DNA of 64,000 nt from contig NC_087436.1 in the NCBI RefSeq assembly GCF_036321535.1, positions 61,010,001 through 61,074,000 of the forward strand, in the 5' to 3' direction. The DNA comes from Camelus dromedarius (taxonomy: Eukaryota). The translations under genes were made by a program, and so were the position numbers. The notes under the pieces are model-generated. The model saw nothing but the letters and a program-made list of their open reading frames with translations. It did not search any database and was not told the origin of the DNA. Below, one piece after another: positions 1 through 13,959 of this stretch. Within the stretch, counting starts at the first letter, position 1. Each line of letters starts with the position of its first letter.

Positions 1-3000
1 GGAAATGGCACATGAAAGGCTGAATTTTCACGATGCATGTACATCATTAGCACTGCCCTGCAGTAAATCAGGAGTGGGACTGGTGGAAGGCAGGGAGGGT
101 AGAGGAACGAAGCTTTGAGTGTTACAAGGACCAGGAGAAAGGGACAGATTATGTTTACATTTAGAACACACACTAATGCTGTCAAAGCTGACTGGCAGCT
201 GGAGTATGCTTTCTCTTCAGTCAGTCTTCAACTTGCTGACTTTTTTTTTAAACATTAAAAGCTAATTCTGTCGAGCTTTTCCATTGCCAGTGTCAGGTGC
301 AGAACTCTTCTGAAGGACGGGAGAGAAAAGCCAAAGCTCTGAGAAAGCCTTTCTGGCCAAGTCTAGAGAAATGTTCTGAGCCCTCTGCCCAGTCATGAGC
401 GGGGCCCCAGGGTGGTGACTGACCCCCAGGTGGGCTTCCACCAGGCCCACAATGCTCAGGCCTTCCTCCGGGCGTGCTCCCAGGACTCAGGATGAAGGAA
501 CCTGTTATATCCTCTCCTTGTATTGTTTCGGGACAGAAATTCACCATCAAGACACACTGACTTGCCCAGGAAGGAAATTCAAACTGGGGTCGAAGCCTGA
601 ATGGCCCTGAGTCCAGAGGGCCCCAGTCTGCGGGGCTGGAGGGAGCGGAAGAGAGGAATGAAAAATTGAGATGCAAATGAACAGAAGCTGGGCAGGATCC
701 ATAGGCTGGCCTCATGGAATCTCCCATGCCTGAGATCTCTCTCTCTCTGGGTTGTGTGTGGTCCCTCACAACAAAACACAAATGGGAGGTTCGCCATCAG
801 GAGCCTTCAGCACCAGGAGTTCTCTTTACATTTCCTACAGGGATCTTAGGTGAGATTTTCTTTCTTCTAAAGTCTTCCCAGAGCAAGAGGTTTTTTCTTC
901 AAAATGTTGATCAGACTCGCTGGATAATACTATCTTATTAAGAAATTAATTTTATAAAGAGGAGGCTGGTTTATAAATAAAAGTGAAAACCAAAGAGATA
1001 CTCATTTCATGTTAAAGAGACCTTTTTTTAGCTTTGTTTCCTCTGTCCCGTCCACTTCCCCTCCCCAAGTGTGATTATTTTATTATAATCACACAGATTC
1101 TGTTTATCTGTGTATTTCCATTATGGCTAACAAATCGAAGAAAGCACATTTCCTGCTGAAAAATCACATTTAACGAATCCCTTTGGGGACAGAAAAAAGT
1201 GCACACCACTTAAAAAGATTCGTTTGTGGGAGTTAAGAAGTCAGACCCAAATCACTCTGCATTGTGCTCTAGTTCAAATGAGGTGGGCGCCCCAGGCCAC
1301 ATTTATAATGATGGAAGCTTCTCAATCTCTGACTGCAGGCCTGAACCTCCATGAGACCATCATCATTCTCAAATAGAAATATGCCAAATGAACCACCAAA
1401 AGCTTAAATAAAAACACTTCTCTCTGGATGTCTAAGATGACTCAAGCCAGGTCGCAAATTGGGGGGAGGGGTAATGAACAATGAACAATGAGCAATGACC
1501 TCAGTGCATTTTTCTATTTGATTAAGATGAATTCTTCCTAAAAAGCAAATGTGATCCATTTTGAGGATCGATGTTAACGGTACAATACAATGTATTAAAG
1601 AATTTATTGAAATAAAACTGCTAATTTAAAAAGGTCAATTTGCCTGCAGATAGGCTTTCCCTACACGTGTTCCTTTTACACTATGTTCTATTCCTTCTGC
1701 TCCCAAAACACCAGGCTCACCTGGTTAACGGAGCCCCTCAGTCCTTGTGCATGTGGCGGTGATGAAACCTGGCTGGACGAAGTATGTGATTTGGTACAAG
1801 TTGCAGCATGAGTGAAATTCAGCCAAAAGTGGTGCCCATCAATGCACAACTCCAGGACCTACTGAAGGCACTGTTTTATATATCTGGGGTATGAAAAGCT
1901 AGCTTGGAATTCACAACGCATGTTCCTCCACCACAGCCTCTGGAAAGCCTCCTCTAGTCCAGCACTACAGTGTTCCAAGCTGCCACTGAGTGCACGCACG
2001 TCTCATCGAATCAGGCCAGTTCTGCATGGGTAAGCAGAGAAGGGCTGGCCAGTAGGAGGCCTGCCGAGGCCCTGAGTTCTCGCAGGCCTATTTCCCTCCT
2101 CCATTTGTGCTAACAAACAAACGTTTGCTTTCAGTCTGACACTGTCCCAGGTTCTTCATCATTCAGGCTTAGACCAAGCAGGGCCAGGTCTCCCACACTG
2201 GTGGGTTCCAACACACGCAAGGTAAGACAGCCACCCTTGGTTTTGCCTGGGTGGTCATTCAGTGGGTGGGGATCCTTTAACAGCACATGCTGGGCCATCA
2301 CCGCCAGCCCACAGTCCCAATGCCCATCCTCAGCCTAGCCAAGGAGACAGGCCTCAGTCAGTATCATAGCAGGTCTATGGGAGCCACGCTGGTATTGTGC
2401 CCACTGTGCACCCCCGGTGTGCACAGCGGGGGCTGAAGGTGTAGTACTATGAACACAGCAGGCTCCCGGTATCTGTGGATGTGAAACCCATGGATACAGA
2501 GGGCAGACTACTTGGTGTGGAGGATGTCTGAGTGCTCAGGAAAGCAGGTCTCCACACTGGCTTTCATAACTTTGGGTCTGTTTAGGAGGACTTGTCTTGA
2601 ACAGCTTTTGTCTGTGGACTGTGAACTCTTGCTGCGCAAGGGAGGTGGTTACAAAGAAAGTCTCAGAACTGCCCAAGATGACTAGTCTCTGTATCAGGAG
2701 GGTCAGAGTAAGGTGGGCCTTTTGAGGAAGACTCAAGCTTGCAGGCGACGAAGTAACTGGCCAGGCTCTAAGTCAGCTGGGATGTATACCACAGTCACCA
2801 CCCCCGCCTCTCACTTCCCCACCATCACTGCTCATTTGTGGAGACCTTTCTAAAGTGTGTAATCTTACCTGACCCTCGGCACAGTCCTGTGGGGTTGGTT
2901 GGGGGCCCCTGTGACCCCTGATGCACAAGGGGAGGAAACACAGTGGAGTGGGGCGGGAGTGGTGGGGTGAGTGGGGTGGATTTAGGAACCTTCCCGAGGC

Positions 3001-5602
3001 CAGCAGCTCACACGGCAGATCATGGTCTGAGCAGCCGGTCTCCAAACTGCCTACCTTGCTTTCCTCTTTGGAAAATACGCCTCTCACCCAGAACTAAACC
3101 TTCTGTTTGTTTGTTTCTGCCCCTCCGTTTCCTCTCTCCCACCTGCCTCGGAAGGTTTTAAAAGGTGCAAGTGAGTCATCACTGGCATCTGGATTCTGCC
3201 TGTCAATCAAGCAAGTCTAAAGTCTAAAGAGAAGCACCTCAGGCTTCACGTCTCTCACTACGTGGGACACTGGCTTCCTCTCCAGCCTAACTTCAGGGCT
3301 TCATGTCACTCTTGCCAAAGCGCTTCATTCCTTTCCCTTCACCTCTTGAAGTTGGAGGAGGCCCTTCTTTCACATGACCACTTGTGTTCTGCCCTGTTTA
3401 TACCCTTCTAATAACTGAGCCGTCTTTTTTAACACCTTTTTCACACAGTCTGCTTCAAGTCTTTCAGTTAAAAGAAAAAAGATACAGCTCCTAAAAAAAA
3501 AGTCACCAGCATCCAAGTATTGCCAGGCTTCAGGAACTTAAATTATACTTCATTTGGTAGCATCTGTGTTAAAACAATACAGCATTATCTACTTTGAATG
3601 CAGTAGAAGCCGCGGGGTAGCATTTTCGTACAAGCAATATTAAATCTGGTTGGAACTCAACAAGAAACAGTGTCATGTGGGGGAAATCCATGCCTGTTGG
3701 ACCCTCGACTGATCCCATTTCAAAGCCTCGTGCTTTGCTAAAGGGCATCTTTCTTTAAAAATCAAGCAATCCTATTACTCCGAGCCTTCTCTGCACACCA
3801 GAGCTTTGAAGGAATTTGACAGTTTGCAAATTCAAAGTTGAAAATTAAAAACCCACGAATAAGACTTGAATCCATTTATTCATGGTAAAATGAATATAGC
3901 TTTGAAAAGTCTAACCTCATTAGGATCATTTCAATGTAATCTGTGATCTGGTGTGAGGCTGTTTAGCTAGCCTCTTGCCCATGAAAGGAGATCCATTTTC
4001 TAAAACGAGCTCTGTCTTCAAAGGACTCAGGAGATACTGGAGAATAATATTAACTTCAGGGCAATTTTTTTTTTCAAGAATGCCTCATTGTTTTCTCAAT
4101 CAGTGTTATTTTTATTTTGCCAGATCTTCCCCTTCCTCGCCAAATGCATTAAAATAAATCCTGGCCCCTGTAGGAGTGATCAAAGCCTCCCAATTCACCA
4201 AGGAATGTCCATTCCTTCGAGCCTGGGGAGGTTTCCTAACTAATGAACTAGAACACTGTCAGATGTCTGGTTGCCAAGTAATATATTAAAGTGCTTTTCT
4301 AATGAGATTTCTGCAAGGTAACTAGAAAACCATAAAAAGCACACTAAGCTTCAGTGAAGCAAAAACATTAAAAAAAAAAAATAACCAAATGCCTTTAAGG
4401 GAAAGAAGAGTTCAACACAGCAGTTAAAAAGCTGAAGAGAATTTGACAAGTGGAAAAATAAAGCCCAATAATTTCATATCTGAGAAAAAGGGCAGATGCA
4501 AAGCAGAGCAGTGTAGGAGTTGGATCAAAAAAGAGCCGCGTGATGATTTCAATATTTGACTTTAAATCTCCACGCATCCTTGTCTATTTGTAACATGGAT
4601 CTGTGATAAACATAGCTACAAATGTCCTTTATTATGAAAAGAAGGACCAGCCCTCCATTTTTAGAACTTGTGCCTGGGAACTTAGGAACAGTCTATACAA
4701 ATCCTGAATAGCAAGGATCTCTTTGTTAGAACCAATACAGTGAGGAACTCTCACCTGAAATACAAACTATAGCAATGACGTGAAGCCTCCACTATGGACC
4801 ACCCAAAAACAGTTTTGGGAAATCCTTCTTTTGGCCCCTGCCTGTTACTTTGCCTTTATTATTTAATCAAGGAACCCACCATGACATCACTGAGGCTATG
4901 AGACTGGAGACCAGTTATCTCAGTCTGCATTTGTGTGAGACCGTGGCTCCAGTGTGCTCTGTACTGACCCAGCCAGTCCTGTAGCCCCGGGTCTTGTTCA
5001 AGAGGGTAAGAGTGGAAGCCAGCCATCAGAGACTGGTGTGGAATCTGAAAACCAACACACAAGACGATGTGGGTACTTAGCTTAAAGAAGAGAAGCCTGG
5101 AGTAGGGGACAGCTTGTTAAATATCTTTTCTAACATCTGAAAGGATACCATGTCAGGGAATGAGAAGTCTTGACTGTAGTAACTCCAGAAGGAAGCACTA
5201 AGATCAAAGACACATCACATATTTAAGGTCAAGGTAACAAAGTGTTTGTCAGCAGTTAAAGACCTCTAACAGTAAACAGACTTGCATAAAATGCAATCGT
5301 GTGTGGATGAGCAATGGTGGACAGCTGTCAGAGATGAATTCTTCATTTTAGTCACAATTTCAATCAAATCCAAACAAATGATGTATTGATTCTGAAGGAA
5401 AATTTTTTATTACTTAATATTATCATTCCTTTTCAATAGCTAACCTAGCACTGGGAAATGATTTACTCAAGATTAATGGAATTAAAGTATTTCTCAAAAT
5501 ACAGTGCCCTGGATTTATATAGAACAAAACATAATAAGGCATGTATTCATGGATATTCAACAATTGCTTCAGCTAGACCATAGAACACAATAAATCAGTC
5601 CT

Positions 5603-5779
5603 CCCTTTGCAGAGGTTCTTCAAGATAAGTATACTTTAAAAAGTTAAATAATTTATAGAACAATGACCCTGGCACTCCAAGTCCAATGCAAATGCTGAGA
5701 TGCACCCTTTGGTCTAATTCTGTCCCAAAGCTTTAATCTTCAGGAATGTAACAGAAAATGGAAAGCAAAGGGGAAGGAA
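5603..5779 (+). repeat. Copy 1 of a dispersed direct duplication
   Basis: Aligns end to end with 7434-7592, with an 18-nt indel. Confidence 0.9.
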
Positions 5780-5799
5780 CCGCTGTGTTGTGAACATCA

Positions 5800-5985
5800 C
5801 CTCTGGATTCAGACAGATCTAAGAGATGTTGGATAAGTTACCTAACATTTTGAGCCTCAGTTTTCTCATCTATAAAATGGGGTGACAATAAGTACTCAGG
5901 CCTCCTGGGACTGTTGTGATGCATGCACAGGGCTTCCTAGGCTGTCTGGCACACAGCGAGCACTCAATAAATGGTCACTGTTATT
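5800..5985 (+). mobile_element. MIR SINE
   Basis: Core 'aagttacctaac...tgagcctcagttttctcatctataaaatggg'. Confidence 0.75.
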
Positions 5986-6199
5986 TATGATTTCAAAATA
6001 ATTATTTTAAAGTGGGATAGGATTTGTCTTCTTGGTTATGGAGGAGTATAGACTAAATGGCTTTCATAGTTCCTTCTAATACCTTACTCTATTATCCTAT
6101 TCTATGTTAACTGCTTCCCCTCTCAGCTCAGTCCTGCCCCTCAGCTCCCCACCACATGCCCACTGCTCACCATGGGCATTCAGATGGGTGGCAATTTAA

Positions 6200-6370
6200 C
6201 TCTCTCAACAACTCAGTGAGGTTAGGGCTATCTCCCATTTTACAGAGGAGAAAACTGAGGCACAGGAAAGTTCAGTGATTTGCCTAAAGTCACAAGGTTT
6301 ATAAATGGTAGAGCTGGGATTCAAAACCAGGCAATTTGGTTCTAGAACCCAGGTTCCTAACCATTATCCC
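6200..6370 (-). mobile_element. MIR SINE
   Basis: Core 'cccattttacagaggagaaaactgaggcacag...aaagtcaca...ggtagagctgggattcaaa'. Confidence 0.8.
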
Positions 6371-7433
6371 ATACTACCTTATACGTAACCTAAAATTCTG
6401 CCTTGACATATGAACTAACCAACATACAAGCCAACCACTACTTGCTGCAGCTGATGGAGAAGTGGTACAAGATCCAGTGTTGGCTTCCAGTCTCTTCCCC
6501 TCAGTCTTCACCATAGATCTTCTAGGTCTAAATTCCAGAGCTTCATTCCTAATCGTCAATTCCTCTTCATCCCTGCCCACAGAGCACCCTTACCCTTGAT
6601 GGGCCAGTGACACAGATGTGCATTAGTATGCACTGCCCATTCACTTGTGGGCTTAGTTGTTGCTGTCGTTGTTGTTGTTTTATTTAAACTTTCTGTGCCA
6701 TGCTTCTCTGTTCTTTGTGATGCAGACCACATCCCTGGAGGGCTGGCTAATCCTGAGCTCACAGAGCCCTAAGCACAGACAGGCATTTCAGAAATGCAGT
6801 TGGATGATGACAAGGAGGTTTCTCTAACAATGGAAAGTTCCCAACAAAGTTGTTAGGACTTGAGGAGACCAGCCCCACCATCCACCCCTGCTAGCCAGGC
6901 AGCTGCCATCTGGGCAGAGCTAGCTCCTGCCCACAGGGTCCCTGATCCTCCGGCTCAACTCAGTGCCTCCTGCTGCACAGGCTCGTTTCTTCTTGTTCCT
7001 TGTGTTGTCTCTAGCACGGGTGATTAGTACCTGCTATTTAGGGTGAGAAAAATGACCTTGCTGTCCATGCAAGTAGGGACCACTCATTCCATCTAGGACA
7101 GAAGCACACAACTACTTGGTTCAACTCGAGAGTATCCTCTTTGCTGTCTTCTTGTCACTTTTTCAAGTAAGGTATTATGTTGTCTCGTAATTTCCTTTTT
7201 CCCCCTTAAAACCAAAATAAATTGCAGTGAATAAATTCACTGCATTTTGTGTTGCTAAAGTCATATTCTGCTGTACTTCATTAGTAAAAGCCTTTTCTCC
7301 CCCACCATTCATGCTCGGTGAGATGCAAAGAGAACCGATTGCACTTTTCCACTTGAACAGCCAGAAAAAAAAAAAAAAAAGGGAAGAAGGAACAGCGCTT
7401 TGCTTATCTCCATGTTACACATTAACAGGGTTC

Positions 7434-7592
7434 CCCTTTGTAGAGGTTCTTCAAGGTAAGCACACTTTAAAAAGTCAAATAATTGACAGAATAATTACCT
7501 TGGCACTCCAAGGTCAATGCAAATGCTGAATTCCATACCAAAGCTTCAGTCTTCAGGAATGTAATAGAAAATGGAATGCAAAGGGAAAGGAA
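7434..7592 (+). repeat. Copy 2 of a dispersed direct duplication
   Basis: Aligns with 5603-5779. Confidence 0.9.
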
Positions 7593-7805
7593 TTTCCCAG
7601 TATCTCCACTAAGATGTAATTGAAAAAAATAAGGGAAAGAAAGCCAGCAAGTCTTCTATGAATCTTCCCAGGTATCTCCTGTCCTGCAATCTCTCCCCTG
7701 CTGAAATCTATCACTTTTGCTTTGCTCTTTCACTCTTGTGCTATTTGTTTCACTAATACTAATAATTGTTAACAATACAAATTACTCTACCCTTACCATC
7801 ACCAC

Positions 7806-8278
7806 TGTGAACGAAAATACTGCAACCATATCAGTAAACAAAGAATGCTGAAACCAAGTCATCAGCGGCTGCCACCACCCCCCAGTGAGGATAGGCCTGC
7901 AGCCCAGCCTCTGCAGCCACTCACAACCGTGCACTCTGAGCGGACTCGGAATAAGAAAGGACAGGATACTGGCCCTAGACAGCTAGGTGCTTGTCAAAGG
8001 AATGGATTGAATAAGCCCAAATGTTTGCTTCCTCCCATACATAGAAAAGCACTAAATTCTTGAACTTGAGATGCCTGGTTTTCTTTAGGTAACAAGTAAT
8101 CTTTTATTGTTCCAACTACCTGGTCTTTGTTGTAAAGCTCCTACATATCCTAGCTCCTCCCCTGCCTCTCCGGAGCAGTCCCTCAGAGTGATCTGAGAGG
8201 CTGTTATCCCAGCTCGAGTCCTTCTGCCAAATAAACATAACTCTCAACTTTAAGGCTGCGCATTTATTTCAGTCGACA
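7806..8278 (+). mobile_element. Solo LTR, ERV1 (class I)-type
   Basis: TG...CA termini, 4-bp TSD CCAC on both sides, and AATAAA near the 3' end (~8230). Confidence 0.8.
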
Positions 8279-8299
8279 CCACTAATGCCGCATCTACCA

Positions 8300-8520
8300 C
8301 CATTTACTGAGCTTATTACATGCCAGGCACAGTGCAGGCTCTTTTGTATGTTATTTCAGGTAATCCTCACAAGAATCTAATGAGGTGTTTATGCTTATTA
8401 GCCCCATTTTACAGATGAGAAATCAGAGACTCTTAGAGGTTAAATAACTTGCACAGAGCTTATCAGTAGCAGGGCCAGGATTCTATGGTAGGTTTAACTC
8501 CAGAACTTTCATCCTGACCA
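8300..8520 (-). mobile_element. MIR SINE
   Basis: Core 'ccccattttacagatgagaaatcagagactc...ggttaaataacttgc'. Confidence 0.8.
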
Positions 8521-10806
8521 CGATTCCCACTTTTCTGAGTAATGGCCCATTGACATGGCTGTTTCCATCCCTGCAGAGCCCATTACAGAGACTGGAGGGC
8601 TCTTGAATGAATGAATAAATGAATGAATGACTACATGAATGAACAAATCAACAATGTGCTTTCTGAATGTGAATGTGCTTTCTGAAGACTAGCTTTTGAA
8701 AATAGGGTACTCTCAGAAAAGCAGAATATCTAAAATTGAGTAAGGGAATACTTAAGAGTTCAAAACAAGATCATTTCACCATCTGCTTAAAATTCAAGAG
8801 AGAAATTGACACAATTGCATTCTACCTACATTGGTCCTCAGTGCTCCTGGCCACAGGGGTAATGGCAGAAAAAATTGAAGCTGACATATTCAAAAGCATC
8901 TTGATTTCAGATATATGATGTTAACTAAAGTTAATATCAATGTCTCTTCTTCCAATACTGAACTCCCCTCTTGCCATTTAGAGGGCACTTGCTGAGTGAC
9001 ATTTATTTTTCTTACTTTTTATTTAGAACTGGGGGAGAGAACACCAGTCTTTAACCACATCCCCTACCCTCAAACACACACCTGTGAGGAGACAAACCAA
9101 ACAGCCAATGGGCTGGAAAGTGCTCAAGACACTGGATCAGCACAACCAATGAAAATGCTTTGAGTCACAAAAACTTTGCTGCTTTCTTTTGCCCTGTGAA
9201 GGGGACATCTGTGCTGGCTCTCTGCTCTTCAATCTCTCCTCTCCGTCCCTGGCCAACATTCCCAGAGTTCCTCAGGTGGGCTAAGGATGCTGAGGGATGC
9301 CATCGGGTCCACCTCACCTTTCCTCCCCCGGAAGTCAACGCCCATCTCCCTCGGCAGAGCTTCCCCCTTTTGTCAGCATAGGAAATGAGGATCCCAACCA
9401 GGGTACTTAAATTGTGCCTTGACTGGATACTGTTTGGAAACACTCCTGACCTCAGGGTGGGAATCAGGGAAACCGGTCCCAATGTCCAGCTTAGTTTTAA
9501 ACCTGCTTGGTAATCACTTTGGAACTGCCCCATCTTCACAGATCCCATCCCTCTTCCTTTTTAGCCTGCTCCCCGCTATGGGTTCTAAGTACGAAATCCT
9601 GTCAGGGTATTAAAAATGGCTGCTGCTAAAATGCTTAAGAATTATGGAAGGAGGAAGCTGATGTTTAGATTTATTCCCCTCTACTCCCTCCCACTCACAC
9701 CATAGACTGCATAGTTTCCCCTCAGAAAGGAAAACATTCTTGACCTCTATTTAAATGTTTATCAGAAGTTGTCTGGACTGGCTGAGTCTCTGAAATCACA
9801 TTTGGTATTAGTCACATCCTTCTTGGTGTGTGGTGTAACCCTGCTATCAGGCCAGGAGAGATGCTTGGATTTTATGCAGAAACCATTTGATGCTGGAAGC
9901 ATCCACGACCACCCAGGGATTTTCACTTGGCCCAAACACAAGCAGAAGGTGAGCAAAGAACTTGAGCTTCCTGATGGCGGCAGGGCTTCAGTTTTGAATA
10001 GATGTGAAAAGAAAATCCTCCTGGTTCTGTGGGTCCTGTGGGGCCCTGGTTTTAAAACAAAACCCGAGCATGGAGCCTGGAACCAGTGGAGGTTCTAGGT
10101 CCTCAACACAGAATGAGAGGTCATTCAGAGTTTTCCCCTTGCTCTGAACCACCCCTACTTTGGAGTAGGACAGCAAATCGCTTTGCTGTCTTGGGTCTTT
10201 GATGTTGATAACTTTGTTTATGCTTCAGAAGTTTTGTAAGGTCTAACAGACCTTGTATCAATGGGTGGAAGGCACTGTATGAAGAACCAACCAGGTGATG
10301 CTGGTATGTGTCTGAGAGAAAGGTACGGCTAGGGCAACAGAAAGCGCGCTGGCCTGCCAGGTAGGATTAAGTGGGTTTTGGTACCAATTCTCACCATAAG
10401 CAGGTTACACATTCCACTTAGTCCTCAGTGTTTTAATCTTTAAAATGGGAAGTGTGAAGCAATCATCTAGGAGGTCCTTTGGGGGCCAAGAATTATTTCT
10501 GATTTTTTGCCTTTAAAATCTAAAGTTGAGGAAACAGGTGTTAGCTTCAGCCCAAAGGACATCAGTCACAACAAGAAAGACTTTCCAGAGAGTAAACTTG
10601 AGTTTGCAATGGATATTCTGGAATTTTCCTTTCTAGACCAGGGTGGGTCTTAAATTATGGTCCAAGAGAGCTCTTCCAGGACCAGTGTTTTGGAGCTGTA
10701 ATGTTTGAAATCTCATAGACTGAGAGGATATAGGGAAGTGGGCAGGGCACAGCTAGTGGTAAACTGAAATATCACGTGAGAATCATTCTAGATATATGAG
10801 TCTACA

Positions 10807-10965
10807 ATTAATTTTGTAATTTTGTAATTTGGAGGGGGGGTAGGTAATTTATTTTTTAATTATTTATTATTTTGAATTAATTTTTTAATGGAGGTACTGG
10901 GGATTAAACTCAGGACCTCATTCATGCTAAGCACACACTCTACCACTGAGCTATACCCTCCCGCC
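10807..10965 (-). mobile_element. tRNA-derived SINE (Vic-1-like, camelid)
   Basis: Head GGGAGGGTATAGCTCAGTGGTAGAG with A box, degenerate B box GAGTTTAATCC, and AT-rich tail. TSD ATGAGTCTACA at 10796-10806 and 10966-10976. Confidence 0.85.
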
Positions 10966-11139
10966 ATGAGTCTACATTTTAAATCTAATTAAATTTTTGG
11001 TAATTGAAAGGAGGGAAAGAAAATACCTTCACAAATTTAGCAGCTTTTATGATGTTACATGGGGAACACCAATGCTGTAATGGTGCAGTACTAAATAAAA
11101 TATTTTGTTGGTATTAAAAGAATACAAAAGTGCACACTC

Positions 11140-13495
11140 ATCAACATTCTTTATGATTAAAAACTCTCAAAAAGCGGCTATAGAGGGAAGGTACTTCAAC
11201 ACAATAAAGGCCGTATGTGATCAGCCCACAGCTAACATCATACCCAATGGTGAAAAGCTGAAACCTTTTCCTCCAAGATTATAAACCAGACTAGAATGCC
11301 CACTCTTGCCACTTTTATTCAACATAGAACTGGTAGTCCTAGTCAGAGCAATTTGGCAAGAAAAAGAAATAAATGCATCCAAACAAGAAAGTAGAAACAA
11401 AAGTGTCACTATTTGCAGATGACATGATGTTATACGTAGAAAACCCTAAAAACTCCACCAAAACATTGTTAGAACTAGTAAACAAATTTAGCAAAGCTAC
11501 AGGATACAAAACATACAAAATATACAAAAATCAGTTCATTTCTATATACCAACAATGAACCCTCAGGAAGAGAAATTTAGAAAAATAATCCCATTTACAA
11601 CAGTATCAAAAAGAACACAATTCTTAGGAATATATTTAACCAAAGAGGTAAAAGATCTGCACGCTGAAAACGATAATTCAGTGATGAAACTGAAGCAAAT
11701 AAAAATAAGTGGAAAGACACCCCTTACTCATGGACTGGAAAAATTAATATTGTTAAAATGTCCATACTACCCAAAGCAATTTAGAGATCAATGTAATGCC
11801 TTCAAAAGGATGTTTTTTAAATAGAACTAGAAAAAACAACCCTAACATTTGTATGGAACCACAAATGACCACAAATAGCCAAAGCAAGTTCAAGAAAGAA
11901 GAAAGATGGAGGCATCATGCTCCCTGATTTCAAACTATACTACAAACCTGTAGTAATCAAAACTGTGTATTAGCATAAAAACAGACACATAGATCAAAGG
12001 AACAGAATAGAGAGCTTAGAGATAAACCTACATACTTACTGTCAATTAATTTATGACAAAGTTGACAGGAATATACAATGGGAAAAAGATAACCTATTCA
12101 GCAACTGTGGACACCTACATGCAAAAGAAAACTGGACAGCCACATGCAAAAGAATAAATTTGTACCACCACCTTACAAACATACACAAAAATTAACTCAG
12201 AATGGATTAAAGACTTGAACATAAGACCTGAAACCATAAAACTCCTAGAAGGAAACATAGGGGATAAACTCCTTGATACTGGTCTTGGTGTTGATTTTTC
12301 ATATCTGACACCAAAAGCAAAAATAAACAAGTGGGATCACCTCAAACTACAAAGCTTCTGCAGAACAAAGGAAACCAACCATCAGCAAGATGAAAAAGTA
12401 ACCTTCCAAGTGGGAGAAAATATTTGCAAATCATATTATCTGATAAGGGGTTAACATCTCAAATATATAAAGAATTCCTAAAACTCAATCACAAAAAAAA
12501 CACAAATAATCTGATTGGAAAATAGGCGGAGGATTTGAACAGGCATTTTTCCAAAGAAGACATAACAGACGGCCAACAGACACATGAAAAGGTGCTCAAT
12601 ATCACTAATCATCATGGAAATGCAAATCAAAACCACAATGACATATCACCTCACACCGGTTAGAATGGCTACTATTAAAAAAGACAAGATAAGCGTTGGT
12701 AAGGATGTGGGGAAAAGGAAACCCTGGTGCACTGCTGGTGGGACTATAAGTTGGTGCAGCTGCTATGGAAAAAGTATGAAGGTTCCTCAAAAAATTAAAA
12801 ATAGAACTACCATATGATCCAGCAGTTCTACTTGTAGGTATTTACCTGAAGGAAACAAAACACTAACTTGAAAATATATGCACCTCTATGTTCATTATAG
12901 CATTATTTACAATAGGCAAGACATGGAAGTAACTTAAGTGTCCACTGATGGATGAACAGATAAAGAAGATGTGGCATGTGCATGCACATGTGCGCAAGCA
13001 CACACACACACAGAGGAATATTATTCGGCCATAAAAAAGAATGAAATCTTGCTATGTGTGAGAACATGGATGAATCTTGAAGGCATTATCCCAAGTGAAA
13101 TAAGTCAGAGAAAGACAAATATCATTATGATCTCACTTGTATGTGGAATCTAAGACAAAAAAAATGGAATTCATATATAGAGAATAGACTGTGGTTGCTA
13201 TAGGTAGGAGGGAGTGAAGGAGGTCAAAGGCACAAATTTCTAGTTATAAAATAAATAAGTCATAGGGGTGTAATGTACAGCATAATGACTATGGTTAATA
13301 ATACTATCTTAGAATGTTGTTAAGAGAGTAGATCTTAAAAGTTCTCATAGAAGAAAAAAATTAGAACTATGTGTGGTGATGGATGTTAACTGACTTACTG
13401 TGGTGGTCACCTTGCAATATATGCAAAAATCGAATTGTTATGCTGTACACCTGAAACTAATATAATTTACATCCCAATTACATGTCAATAAAAAC
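11140..13495 (+). mobile_element. 5'-truncated L1 (ORF2 RT/C-terminal part plus 3' UTR, L1MA9-like)
   Basis: Degenerate ORF2 peptides SLFADDMMLYVENPK, LGIYLTKEVKDL, IRPETIKLLEGNIG and [17 protein letters not shown]; typical L1 3' UTR ending in AATAAA. Confidence 0.92.
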
Positions 13496-13959
13496 GTCCT
13501 TACTAAAAAATGATTACAAGTCTCATAGTGTAATATTAAGCTATTAAAAAAACTATTGGGGTTGGAAGGAATCTTAACAGTCATCTTAGTCCAATCCTGA
13601 AACTAGGTACATAAGTCTGCTCACCAACAGCTTATGGTTCTCAACCTGAATAATTCCAGAGATCCTCACCCAAGGTTCCCAAACCCACTGGTGAATCACT
13701 GTGGTTGTTATAAACATCGTCTTTAGCTGAACTAAAAGTATCCTTCCTGCAATTTCCACTGCTGATTATAGTTTCACTCTCCAAAACATTGTGGAATCAC
13801 CTAAATTGTTTTTTAATAAAGATGGGGGAAAAAAGTACATGCTCATTGTAACAAATCAAATACTTTTTCATTTTGTTAATTAAAAAATTTATACCTATCA
13901 CCCTACAAATTGCCTGTTGTCAGTGAACAATCAATATATCATACATTGATTTATTAGAT

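Noticed and set aside
293..781. 162-aa minus-strand ORF in the intron
   Set aside because: It does not resemble the IGFBP7 exon 2 Ig-domain sequence or any family I recognise.
2404..2426. Short inverted repeat CTGTGCAC...GTGCACAG
   Set aside because: An 8-bp stem is expected by chance in 64 kb, and nothing else supports a function.
10880..10960. tRNA-like sequence with A and B boxes
   Set aside because: It is the head of a SINE with a tail and TSDs, and has no intact cloverleaf, so it is not a tRNA gene.
11221..13153. Several 60-90 aa ORFs with reverse-transcriptase-like motifs
   Set aside because: These are frameshifted pieces of a dead L1 ORF2, not a gene or a retron-like system.
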